Origin: an uncultured Verrucomicrobiae bacterium
GTDB taxonomy: Bacteria; Verrucomicrobiota; Verrucomicrobiia; Limisphaerales; Palsa-1400
Length of the DNA stretch: 64,000 nt
Direction: 5' to 3'
Assembly (NCBI GenBank): GCA_963764165.1
Contig: CAVXRD010000002.1
Coordinates: 1,600,001 to 1,664,000 of the forward strand
Shown here one piece after another: positions 8,711-17,857 of the stretch. The translations under genes were made by a program, and so were the position numbers. Below the pieces are notes generated by a model. The model ran no database searches. It worked only from the letters and a program-made list of their open reading frames with translations, and was not told where the DNA came from. How positions within the stretch are numbered: position 1 is the stretch's first letter; the number at the start of each line of letters is the position of its first letter.

Positions 8711-8944
8711 ATGCCAACAAAGAACAAATCCGTGAATGCGCTCCTCGACAAGGCGGCGCTGGAATTGCACACTCCCGTCTTTCCCAAGACACTCCACCGG
8801 CTGCGGCTGGCTGTCGCGGCGGCATCGCAAAAGCCGGCCAAGCGTGAAAACACCTTTTCCAAATCCCGCGACACGCGGGAGGATCGCGGCGAACGCCAGA
8901 TGAAGACGGCCCACAGCGCGCGAACGCTGCCACACGGTCATTAG
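8711..8944 (+). CDS. Small hypothetical protein
   Basis: ATG 12 bp after the upstream stop; fits the operon-like spacing. Confidence 0.5.
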   Translation: MPTKNKSVNALLDKAALELHTPVFPKTLHRLRLAVAAASQKPAKRENTFSKSRDTREDRGERQMKTAHSARTLPHGH

Positions 8945-8955
8945 CCCCCTGCCCC

Positions 8956-9348
8956 ATGAAAACGAATCCACTCAAACAGGGCGTCCTCACATTGCATTCA
9001 GCCGGCGTCGGCTCAGTGACCCGCAAGATGGTGCGGGAGCGGGCGGCCGAATTGGCGATTTCCGACGGCCGCCCCGCGCAAGGGGCCACTAAATCCGATT
9101 GGGATCAGGCGAAGCGGGAACTCACCGGTCTGCCGGACGCGGATCCAAAGGAGTCCATGCTGGAATCCGCCGCCGAATCCGAGCGATGGGATCCCACGCC
9201 TGGTTCCACCGGGGGCAAAGTTCCCGCGGCTCCTGGCGAGGATGAGGACGAAGAGGGCCGGAGTGACAACGAGAATCTGGTGAACGAAGGAATCGAAGGC
9301 GCGAAACGTGATCAGGAGCGCCAATCCGCTGCTGGAGAAAAGGAATGA
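8956..9348 (+). CDS. Acidic hypothetical protein (DUF2934-like VRERAAELA..DWDQAKREL segment)
   Basis: 130-aa hydrophilic ORF co-oriented with the cluster. Confidence 0.7.
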   Translation: MKTNPLKQGVLTLHSAGVGSVTRKMVRERAAELAISDGRPAQGATKSDWDQAKRELTGLPDADPKESMLESAAESERWDPTPGSTGGKVPAAPGEDEDEEGRSDNENLVNEGIEGAKRDQERQSAAGEKE

Positions 9349-9580
9349 CTGGCTGGCAGAAAACATATCGTTCGAGCGACCGTTCCTGACCAAGGCTGAC
9401 GCAAAATTTCATGGTCTGCGGTCAAATCCGAAAACTGCTGTGGCCATGCCATTTGCAAGCCCTCGTGCGCCGCCGAACTTTCGAACGCCGCGAAGAGGTG
9501 CGAGTATTACCTAGTTGCGGCCAGTCTTACCTAGTCTCACCAAATCGCACCTGTTTTTTTGAAAAATGACGGGTTGGGAG

Positions 9581-9615
9581 TTAAGCTAAATTAAGGTTGG
9601 TTAAGGCAAATTAAG
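9581..9615 (+). promoter_or_regulatory. Four TTAAG direct repeats at exact 10-bp phase; putative regulator binding site
   Basis: ttaag at 9581, 9591, 9601 and 9611, ending 16 bp before the GT4 start. Confidence 0.55.
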
Positions 9616-9631
9616 CCTGTTCTTTTGATTT

Positions 9632-11917
9632 ATGGAAACAGCTACCACAGCTATGCGCAAAGTCGCCTTTCTCGGCGATTATTTGCCCAGGAAATGCGGC
9701 ATTGCCACGTTCACGACGGATCTGCGCACAGCGGTGGCGGCGGAATTTCCCGATGTCCAATGCCTGGTGGTGCCGGTCAATGATTTCGTTGATGGTTACA
9801 ACTATCCGCCCGAAGTCAGGTTCGAGATATCCGAGCAGGATTTGCCTTCCTATTTGCGCGCGGCGGATTTTCTTAACATCACGGATGTGGATGTCGTCTG
9901 CATCGAGCATGAGTTCGGCATTTTTGGCGGGCCGGCCGGCAGCCATGTGCTGGCGCTGCTGCGCGAGCTGCAAATGCCCATCGTCACCACGCTGCACACC
10001 ATTCTGCGCGACCCGAACTCGGAGCAGCGGCGGGTCATGCGGGAGCTGACCCGGCTGTCAACGCGAGTTGTGGCCATGAGCGAGCGGGGATGCGAATTCC
10101 TGCGGGAGGTGTACCGGGTGCCGTCCGCGAAAATCGATCTTATTCCGCACGGCATTCCGGATATGCCGTTTGCCGATCCGAATTATTTCAAGGACGAATT
10201 CGGCGTGGCGGGCCGGCAAGTGCTGCTGACGTTCGGTTTGCTTTCGCCCAACAAAGGCATCGAGTACGCGCTGAGGGCGATGCCGGACATCATTCGGGGA
10301 TTTCCCAATGCCGTCTACATTGTCCTGGGCCAGACGCATCCCAATTTATTGCGCACGGAAGGCGAAGGATACCGGTTGAGCCTGGAACGGCTGGCCAAGG
10401 ATCTCGGCGTGCAGAAAAACGTCGTTTTCTTCAATCGCTTTGTCGAGCTGGAGGAATTGAAGCGGTTTATTGGCGCGGCGGATATTTATCTCACTCCGTA
10501 TTTGACAGAAGCGCAAATCACCTCCGGCACGCTGGCCCATGCCTTCGGGGCGGGCAACGCGGTGGTGTCCACGCCTTACTGGCACGCCGCGGAATTGTTG
10601 ACAGCCGAGCGCGGGAAGCTGGTGCCGTTTCGCGATCCCAGCGCCATCTCGGCGGCGGTGGTGGAGTTGCTGCGGGACGAGACGCTGCGCCATTCGATGC
10701 GCAAGAACGCCTACAAACTGGGGCGCGAGATGGTGTGGAGCAGCGTGGCGCGGCTCTACGTCCGCTCGTTCGAGCAGGCGCGGCGGGATCACAGTTTCGT
10801 CGGGCGAAAAACCTCGCCGATCAAGACTCTCGACGAGCAGCCGGGCCAATTGCCGGAATTGAAGATGGACCACCTGTTTCGCATGAGCGATTCGACGGGC
10901 ATCTTCCAGCACGCGAGTTTTACGGTGCCGAATTTTGCCGAAGGCTACTGCACGGATGATAACGCGCGCGCCCTGGTGCTGGCCTTGATGCTGCGGAACC
11001 TGGGGCACGAATCCGCTGAGCTTGCCGCGCACGCGGCCACTTACGCGGCGTTCCTCAACCACGCCTTCGACCGCCAGCGCGGGCGCTTCCGCAATTTCAT
11101 GAGCTTTGACCGGCGCTGGCTGGAGGACGTCGGGTCGGAGGATTGCCACGGACAGGCATTATGGGCGCTCGGATTGTGTGTGGCCCAATCTGGACATGAA
11201 AGTTTCCAATTGCTTGCGGCGCAGCTGTTTGAGCTGGCGCTGCCGGTGGCCGCTGAATTCTCCTCGCCGCGCGCGTGGGCTTACACGCTGATCGGCATTG
11301 AGGAGTATCTGCGGCGATTCGGCGGGGATCGCCGCGCCAACCAGATTCGCGAGACGCTGACCAAGCGCCTCATGCAGAGGTACGCCGACGCCGCCGGCCC
11401 CGAGTGGCAATGGTTTGAGGATGTCGTATCCTATGCCAATGCAAAACTTCCTCACGCGCTCATTCTCAGCGGCCGCTGCTTGAATGCCCCGGCTTTGCTG
11501 GAAACCGGCCTTAAGACGCTGCGCTGGCTGGTGCGGCTTCAGACCTCGCCGGCCAATGCGTTCCGTCCAGTTGGCTCGAATGGATTTTATCCCCGCGGCC
11601 AGGAGTGCCCGCAATTTGACCAGCAGCCCATCGAGGCGCAAGCCACCATCTCGGCCTGCATCGAAGCGTATCACGCGACCCACGACATGTTTTGGGTGGC
11701 GGAAGCGCGCCGGGCGTTCGAGTGGTTTCTCGGCCGCAACGATTTGGGCATGGCGCTTTACGACGCGGGGACCGGCGGCTGCCGCGACGGGCTGCACGTG
11801 GATCGGCTGAGCCAGAATCAAGGCGCCGAATCCACCCTGGCTTTTTTGCTCTCGCTTGCCGAAATGCAAGCGCTGCACAACACCCTCACCAGTTTCAAGG
11901 AACCGGTTGAGGAGTGA
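9632..11917 (+). CDS. GT4 glycosyltransferase fused to a C-terminal helical (glycosidase-like) domain
   Basis: YLPRKCGIATFT, EHEFGIFGG, TFGLLSPNKGIE; C-terminal GYCTDDNARAL, QQPIEA, NQGAESTLA. Confidence 0.9.
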   Translation: METATTAMRKVAFLGDYLPRKCGIATFTTDLRTAVAAEFPDVQCLVVPVNDFVDGYNYPPEVRFEISEQDLPSYLRAADFLNITDVDVVCIEHEFGIFGGPAGSHVLALLRELQMPIVTTLHTILRDPNSEQRRVMRELTRLSTRVVAMSERGCEFLREVYRVPSAKIDLIPHGIPDMPFADPNYFKDEFGVAGRQVLLTFGLLSPNKGIEYALRAMPDIIRGFPNAVYIVLGQTHPNLLRTEGEGYRLSLERLAKDLGVQKNVVFFNRFVELEELKRFIGAADIYLTPYLTEAQITSGTLAHAFGAGNAVVSTPYWHAAELLTAERGKLVPFRDPSAISAAVVELLRDETLRHSMRKNAYKLGREMVWSSVARLYVRSFEQARRDHSFVGRKTSPIKTLDEQPGQLPELKMDHLFRMSDSTGIFQHASFTVPNFAEGYCTDDNARALVLALMLRNLGHESAELAAHAATYAAFLNHAFDRQRGRFRNFMSFDRRWLEDVGSEDCHGQALWALGLCVAQSGHESFQLLAAQLFELALPVAAEFSSPRAWAYTLIGIEEYLRRFGGDRRANQIRETLTKRLMQRYADAAGPEWQWFEDVVSYANAKLPHALILSGRCLNAPALLETGLKTLRWLVRLQTSPANAFRPVGSNGFYPRGQECPQFDQQPIEAQATISACIEAYHATHDMFWVAEARRAFEWFLGRNDLGMALYDAGTGGCRDGLHVDRLSQNQGAESTLAFLLSLAEMQALHNTLTSFKEPVEE

Positions 11918-11969
11918 TTCCCTGGCGCTAATGATCGCCCGGCTCGGAAATGAACGGGGAAATATCTTC

Positions 11970-13487
11970 ATGCATAACAAACAGCATCACCAGTCGCTCC
12001 ACGCCAAGCGGATTGGCCCGTCCATCACGCCCAATCGCAACCGGGTGCTCATGCGCCCATTCCGCCCCAGCACAGACGACATCTCGCGGCGCATTGTCGG
12101 GCGCGTGATGGCTCTGCCGGAACCGGAGGTGGCGCCGCTGTTGGAGCACGTCATCAGCGAGTTCACCGGCCGGCACGAACAGGTGGAAAACTTCTTCCGC
12201 AAACGCTTTGACGAGGTCAGCATTTATCTCGAACTCGAGGCGCGGCCATCGCCCGAGCGCCAGATGCTCATCGGGGCCTACTTTACGCACGAGTATTCCC
12301 TTGAATCAGCGGCGCTGTTCAATCCTTCCATTGTGCCGCATCCGGACCAATCCGGATTATCCCGCGGCGCGATGCGTTTCATCCTGAGTTTGCGCGCCAC
12401 CGGCGAGGGGCACATTTCGTCCATTGTGTTTCGAACGGGGACCGTCAGCGCAGCCGACCGGATCGCGCTGGCGCCGACGCTGCCCTTTTCGACCGAGCCG
12501 GAGCGCGTGCCCAATGCCGCTTACGACAAGGGATTGTTCGCCCACAAATTGCAGGAGGCCGGGGTGCAGAACGATTTCTGCCGCCGTGTGCTTGACAAAC
12601 TTCACGAGGATTTCACCCTCAAGGAGCTGCGCGGCATTCTCGCGGCCTGCGGCTTGACTGCGGACACGACCGACGCCACGGCGACCCGCGCGGCGCGAGG
12701 CATTCTGCTGCTGGCGGAATCGAATTACGAAGTGGACTTCGCCCCCGGCATCGACGTGTCGCAGCGCGTTGTCTTCCCCTCTGCGCCCAGCCAGAGCAAC
12801 GGCATCGAGGATGCCCGTTTCGTCCGTTTCCAGAAAGACGATGGCAGCTTCACCTACTTCGCGACTTATACTGCCTACGACGGCAAAATCACGCTGCCGC
12901 AATTGCTGGAGACGCCGGATTTTGTCCATTTCAAATTCAGCACGCTCAATGGGCCCGCCGTTCAAAACAAGGGCATGGCCCTTTTTCCGCGCAAAATAAA
13001 TGGGAAGTTCGCCATGCTATCGCGCCAGGACGACGAGAATATTCTGCTGATGTTTTCGGACAACATCCATTTCTGGCAGGATCCCGTGCTGCTGATTGCT
13101 CCCGCGCAACCATGGGAATTCGTAAAAATGGGAAATTGCGGTTCACCCATTGAAACCGAGGCGGGCTGGCTGGTGTTGAGCCACGGCGTGGGCGCGATGA
13201 GGAAATATTGCCTGGGAGCGTTCCTGCTGGACAAGAATGACCCGTCGCGCGTGATTGGACGCCTGCGCGAACCGCTTCTTTCACCAAACGAGGCGGAAAG
13301 GGAGGGTTACGTTCCAAACGTCGTTTACACCTGCGGCGCCCTGCTGCACGGGCGCGAAGTCATCATCCCTTACGCCATGAGCGACTCCGCTTCCAGCTTC
13401 GCCAAGGTGCCGCTGGATGAATTGCTGACCGCGATGGAGCGCGGGGACGGCCTCGGGAATCCGCCAGCGCCCGCACTAACACCCTGA
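11970..13487 (+). CDS. GH130 family mannoside phosphorylase/glycosidase
   Basis: FNPSIV, GIEDARFVRF, YATYTAYDG, NKGMALFPRKING, GYVPNVVYTCG. Confidence 0.9.
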   Translation: MHNKQHHQSLHAKRIGPSITPNRNRVLMRPFRPSTDDISRRIVGRVMALPEPEVAPLLEHVISEFTGRHEQVENFFRKRFDEVSIYLELEARPSPERQMLIGAYFTHEYSLESAALFNPSIVPHPDQSGLSRGAMRFILSLRATGEGHISSIVFRTGTVSAADRIALAPTLPFSTEPERVPNAAYDKGLFAHKLQEAGVQNDFCRRVLDKLHEDFTLKELRGILAACGLTADTTDATATRAARGILLLAESNYEVDFAPGIDVSQRVVFPSAPSQSNGIEDARFVRFQKDDGSFTYFATYTAYDGKITLPQLLETPDFVHFKFSTLNGPAVQNKGMALFPRKINGKFAMLSRQDDENILLMFSDNIHFWQDPVLLIAPAQPWEFVKMGNCGSPIETEAGWLVLSHGVGAMRKYCLGAFLLDKNDPSRVIGRLREPLLSPNEAEREGYVPNVVYTCGALLHGREVIIPYAMSDSASSFAKVPLDELLTAMERGDGLGNPPAPALTP

Positions 13488-13492
13488 AACTA

Positions 13493-13579
13493 AACAGGAG
13501 AAAAACCGAGAGAACAGAGAAAAACGCCTTCTGGGCGACGATGATTTCTCGTCTCCGTGCCCTCGGCCTTCCTCCTGTT
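13493..13579. repeat. Imperfect purine-rich palindromic element
   Basis: aacaggagaaaaaccgagagaacagaga (13493-13520) vs tctccgtgccctcggccttcctcctgtt (13552-13579), about 22/28 complementary. Confidence 0.65.
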
Positions 13580-13690
13580 CAAATGTGTTTTAGCCCATCC
13601 GGAAGAATCGGGGGGTTGACCTCGTTGGCAGCCTCACGGGGCGAATTTCTGATTGAATCAAACCCATGTCTTTTGGCATGATGCAAACAA

Positions 13691-16600
13691 GTGGAGCACG
13701 CTTTCGCAGTTTTTAAATTTTGGAGAATTCAGTTTGTTCGAACGCTTCTGGTCTTGCTGCTCCTGGCAATCAACTCGAGCCTTCTCAAAGCTGAACGAGT
13801 CCTGGATTCCAATCCGGAGTTCATGGTGGAAAATTGGCTGGCCCCGGATGGAATCCCCGAGAATTCCGTCCTTTCGCTGGCCCAAACGCCCGATGGGTAC
13901 ATTTGGGTTGGCACCCAGGATGGGCTCCTTCGTTTCAATGGCGTGCAATTTGCCCAAGTCGCGCCGGAATCCGGCCTCGACCGCCTGGCCGGCATCATTG
14001 TCACCCTGAGCATCGATCTTCGCGGTCGTCTGTGGGCGGGAGCGGAACAAAGCATTGCCTACCTTGATCACGGAACATGGCATCCGGTTGTTGGGACGAA
14101 CCTGATCTACGGCCCGAACTTCAAAGTAAGATCGTTTGCAGAGGGTACCGGAGGCATAATGTATTGCGGGTCGTTTGATGGCCATGTCTACACCGCCAAA
14201 GACGACCTTTTGCAGCCCATGGCGATGCAGCCGCCTGGAACGACCAATAGCGGCGTTTTCTGCATCCGCGACGTCAAGGATGGCGGACTGTGGCTTGCCA
14301 ACCGGGGATTCGTTGGCCGATGGGATGGAACTGCCTGGAAGCGCTTCGACTCCTTCAACGGGGCGGCTCCTCCTCTCATTGCCGCCGCCGCGCGCTCGGG
14401 GGGCATCTGGGTTTTGGCGGGGCGCGCGCTGCAGCACTATCAAGCAGACGGCTCGATTATTTCCAACGCCGTTCCGTTGGTTTACGATTTTCGGCAAATG
14501 GCGGAGGACCCGTCTGGAACGGTATGGGTGGCGTCGGTGGCCAGCGGTGTCACACGGCTGATTCCCAATGGAACGAACTGGGTTTCCAAGACCCTTACTG
14601 CCACCAATGGATTGGTGCAAAATCCCGCATGGGCTTTGCTGTTCGATAAAGAGGGAAATGATTGGGTTGGGAGTGCCAGCGGCGGCCTTCAACGGCTGTC
14701 GAAACGCCAATTCATCAATATCGGGCAGCAACAGGGTTTGCCGGACAATCTCGTTCGCACCGTCGTCGAAACTTCACCCGGAAACATACTCGTCGGCACC
14801 CATGGCGGCGGCTTGGCCGTCATCACAAACGACAGAGTGACCTCCGTCCGCCGAGCCGAGCAGGGCGTTTCCGGGCGTTACGGCTGGAGCTTGCTGAAAG
14901 ACAAAAGCGGGCGCCTGTGGATTGGAACTTACCTTGGAGGCTTATTTGTCGAAGAGAATGGCGTGGAGCGCTCGGTGGAGCTGCCGCCGGCTTTGGGCTT
15001 GGTTGTCAACAGTTTGATGGAGGATTCGCGGGGGCGCATTTGGGTGGGGGCGCAGGGCGGGGTCGGATTTATCGAAACAAATGTGTTCCATGAATTGCCC
15101 CCGGAGACGGCTCGGTTTATCGACAACGCAAGCTGCATGGCGGACGATCCGCAGGCGCGCGCGGTTTGGATCGGCACCAGCGATCATGGGCTTTTCAAAC
15201 TGGTGGATGGCAAACATGAAAATCCAGAGCGGGTCGCGGGCTTGCCGACAGATCGCATCACCTGCCTCAAGGTCGGCAAGGACGGATGCATCTGGGCTGG
15301 TGTTTATAACAACGGCCTTGCTGCCATCGAGAACGGAAAGACGATTCTTTTTGGGCACGACCAGGGATTGCCCGCTTTGATCGTCGCTTCGATGATCGAC
15401 GATGGGCGCGGATTTTATTGGATGGGCACCGACCAGGGCATCATTCGAGCGGCGCAGGACGAACTGCTCAAGGTCCGCCGGGGGATCGAATCCATTGCCA
15501 CCTTTTCGCTCTTCAACCAGCGCGATGGAATTGGCTGGGGAAACTGCGGCGATGGGAATCAGCCGTCCGTCCTGCAAGCTTCCGACAAGCGTCTCTGGTT
15601 CGCCACCTTGAACGGCGTGGTCGTCGCCGATCCCACGAGAATTCAGCTCAACACAAATCCTCCTCCGCTCTTGATGGAGCGTGTGGCTTATCTGGATAGA
15701 GCGGGCCAGCCGCAGGAAATGGCGGGGCCGTTTGACCGGCAGTTTGAAATTCCCCCGGGATCCTCGGAGGTGGAACTTCATTTTGCCGTCCTGAGTTTCA
15801 CATCGCCGGAGAAGATGCGCATTTACTACAATTTGCAAAAGACCCGCGGCTACGGATTCTTCGAGCGCCAGCCCGCCAACACCAACTGGCTCGATCTGGG
15901 AAATCACCGGGAGCTGCTTTTTCACTCGCCGATGACGCCGGGGCCTTACCGGCTGCAGATCAAGGCCCGCAACAATGACGGTGTCTGGAATCAAACCGGG
16001 CTGATTCTGCAATTTTCGGTGGCGCCATTTTTCTGGCAGACCGCCTGGTTTCGCGTGATAGGTGGCGCGGGGATGCTGGCCGTCGGCGGGTTGGCAGCGT
16101 GGCAATTGGCCCGCCTGCGGTTTCAACGGCGGATCGCGCTGCTGGAAAATGAGCGCGCGCTCGAGCACGAAAAAGCGCGCCTGGCCAGCATCATGGAGGC
16201 GACCAGCGATTTGGTGGCTTTCGCCGACAGCGAGGGCCGGCTGCTGCACGTCAATGCCGCCGGGCGAAAGTTGCTCGGGTATGGGGCGAACGAGAATCTC
16301 AGCAAATCAAATTTAACATCGTTCTTCCCCGAATGGGCCGCCGAGCGGCTCACGAATGAAGCGGTTCCGGCGGCCCGCCAGCATGGAACATGGGAAGGCG
16401 AGACCGCGCTCCTTGGAAAAAACGGCCGCGAGATTCCCGTCTCGCAAGTCATGATCGCGCACAAAAACCCGGAAGGCCAAATCAGCTTCCTTTCCACCGT
16501 GGCGCGGGACATCACGGAACGCCGCCAGTCCGAACGGGAGAAGGACCGGTTGCTGGAGGAATTGCTGCAATCCCGGAAGCTGGAATCCGTGGGCCGGCTG

Positions 16601-17710
16601 GCTGGCGGCATCGCGCATGATTTCAATAACATGATGCAAGTCGTGCTCGGCAACGCGAGCCTCGCCCTCGAAATCTGCCCTCGCGGAGGCGAGCTGGAAG
16701 GCCACTTGAAAGAGATTGAGTCCTCGGCCAATCACTCCGCCGATTTAACCCGCCGCCTGCTCGCTTTTGCCCGCAAACAGAAAGTGCAGCCGCAGGTGCT
16801 CGATCTGAATGAAACCGTGGGGGGAATGCTGAAAGTGCTGCGGCGCTTGATCGGCGAGAACATCTCGCTTTCGTGGAAACCAGGGCAGAAACTGTGGCCG
16901 GTAACGATGGACCCGCTCCAGATCGACCAGATCATCACGAATCTCGTCGTCAACGGCCGCGACGCCATCGCTGGCGGAGGCTTCATTTCCATAGAGACCT
17001 CCAACATGGTCATGGCGGAAAACTCCATTGGCGCTTACGCGGACCGGGTGCCGGGCGAATTCGTTGTCCTGAGCGTGCGGGACACCGGCAAAGGCATGAC
17101 ACCGGATGTTGTCGAACATATTTTTGAACCGTTCTTCACCACCAAGGGCGTGGGCGAAGGCACCGGTCTTGGCCTTGCAACCGTATTTGGAATTGTCAAG
17201 CAAAACCACGGCTGGATCGAAGTGGAAACCATGCCGGACAAGGGTTCGACGTTCCAGGTCTTTTTGCCCCGGTCGCACACTGCGCCGGCGCCGGCGGCTC
17301 CATCCCAGCGCGCCGAGGCGGCTCTTCCGGCCGGACGCGAGACGATTCTTGTGGTGGAAGACGAGCCTTCCATTTTGGAGCTGAGCGCCTTTATTCTGCA
17401 GCGCTGCGGCTATACGGTGCTGTCGGCCGAGCACCCCGAGAAGGCCCTGCGCATCGCCTCTTCGGAAAAACATCACATCGATTTGTTGTTGACAGACGTG
17501 ATCATGCCGGGGATGAGCGGCAAAGAAATGTGGGACAAGCTGAAGGCCATGCGCCCGAGCCTGAAATGCATTTTCATGTCCGGCTACGACAAGAACATTT
17601 TCGGCGCCGCGGGCGTGCGTGATTCAGGAGTGCCCTTCCTGCAAAAGCCCTTCACTCATCGCCAGTTGGTGAATCTGGTCCGCGAGCAGCTCGACCGGAA
17701 AAGCTCATAG
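13691..17710 (+). CDS. Hybrid sensor histidine kinase (beta-propeller/Y_Y_Y sensor, TM, PAS, HisKA, HATPase, receiver)
   Basis: QTPDGYIWVGT propeller repeats, ARNNDGVW, TM helix, PAS, GIAHDFNN, GTGLGL, LLLTDVIMPG. Confidence 0.93.
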   Translation: MEHAFAVFKFWRIQFVRTLLVLLLLAINSSLLKAERVLDSNPEFMVENWLAPDGIPENSVLSLAQTPDGYIWVGTQDGLLRFNGVQFAQVAPESGLDRLAGIIVTLSIDLRGRLWAGAEQSIAYLDHGTWHPVVGTNLIYGPNFKVRSFAEGTGGIMYCGSFDGHVYTAKDDLLQPMAMQPPGTTNSGVFCIRDVKDGGLWLANRGFVGRWDGTAWKRFDSFNGAAPPLIAAAARSGGIWVLAGRALQHYQADGSIISNAVPLVYDFRQMAEDPSGTVWVASVASGVTRLIPNGTNWVSKTLTATNGLVQNPAWALLFDKEGNDWVGSASGGLQRLSKRQFINIGQQQGLPDNLVRTVVETSPGNILVGTHGGGLAVITNDRVTSVRRAEQGVSGRYGWSLLKDKSGRLWIGTYLGGLFVEENGVERSVELPPALGLVVNSLMEDSRGRIWVGAQGGVGFIETNVFHELPPETARFIDNASCMADDPQARAVWIGTSDHGLFKLVDGKHENPERVAGLPTDRITCLKVGKDGCIWAGVYNNGLAAIENGKTILFGHDQGLPALIVASMIDDGRGFYWMGTDQGIIRAAQDELLKVRRGIESIATFSLFNQRDGIGWGNCGDGNQPSVLQASDKRLWFATLNGVVVADPTRIQLNTNPPPLLMERVAYLDRAGQPQEMAGPFDRQFEIPPGSSEVELHFAVLSFTSPEKMRIYYNLQKTRGYGFFERQPANTNWLDLGNHRELLFHSPMTPGPYRLQIKARNNDGVWNQTGLILQFSVAPFFWQTAWFRVIGGAGMLAVGGLAAWQLARLRFQRRIALLENERALEHEKARLASIMEATSDLVAFADSEGRLLHVNAAGRKLLGYGANENLSKSNLTSFFPEWAAERLTNEAVPAARQHGTWEGETALLGKNGREIPVSQVMIAHKNPEGQISFLSTVARDITERRQSEREKDRLLEELLQSRKLESVGRLAGGIAHDFNNMMQVVLGNASLALEICPRGGELEGHLKEIESSANHSADLTRRLLAFARKQKVQPQVLDLNETVGGMLKVLRRLIGENISLSWKPGQKLWPVTMDPLQIDQIITNLVVNGRDAIAGGGFISIETSNMVMAENSIGAYADRVPGEFVVLSVRDTGKGMTPDVVEHIFEPFFTTKGVGEGTGLGLATVFGIVKQNHGWIEVETMPDKGSTFQVFLPRSHTAPAPAAPSQRAEAALPAGRETILVVEDEPSILELSAFILQRCGYTVLSAEHPEKALRIASSEKHHIDLLLTDVIMPGMSGKEMWDKLKAMRPSLKCIFMSGYDKNIFGAAGVRDSGVPFLQKPFTHRQLVNLVREQLDRKSS

Positions 17711-17857
17711 CAAACCCCGCTGATGACAACCGCGGCTGGTTGTCCACAATCCGGATGACAACGGCTGGACATCTGGCGGAATTGCGCCGGAAACAGGAAT
17801 GGAAATTCAAATCCCCCCCGAGCTGGGGTGCATGCATGGGCTCGACAGAATCTCGCC

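Noticed and set aside
17722..17773. Short duplicated gatgacaac..ggctgg hairpins
   Set aside because: Only two short degenerate copies between convergent genes; best explained as terminator-like structure.
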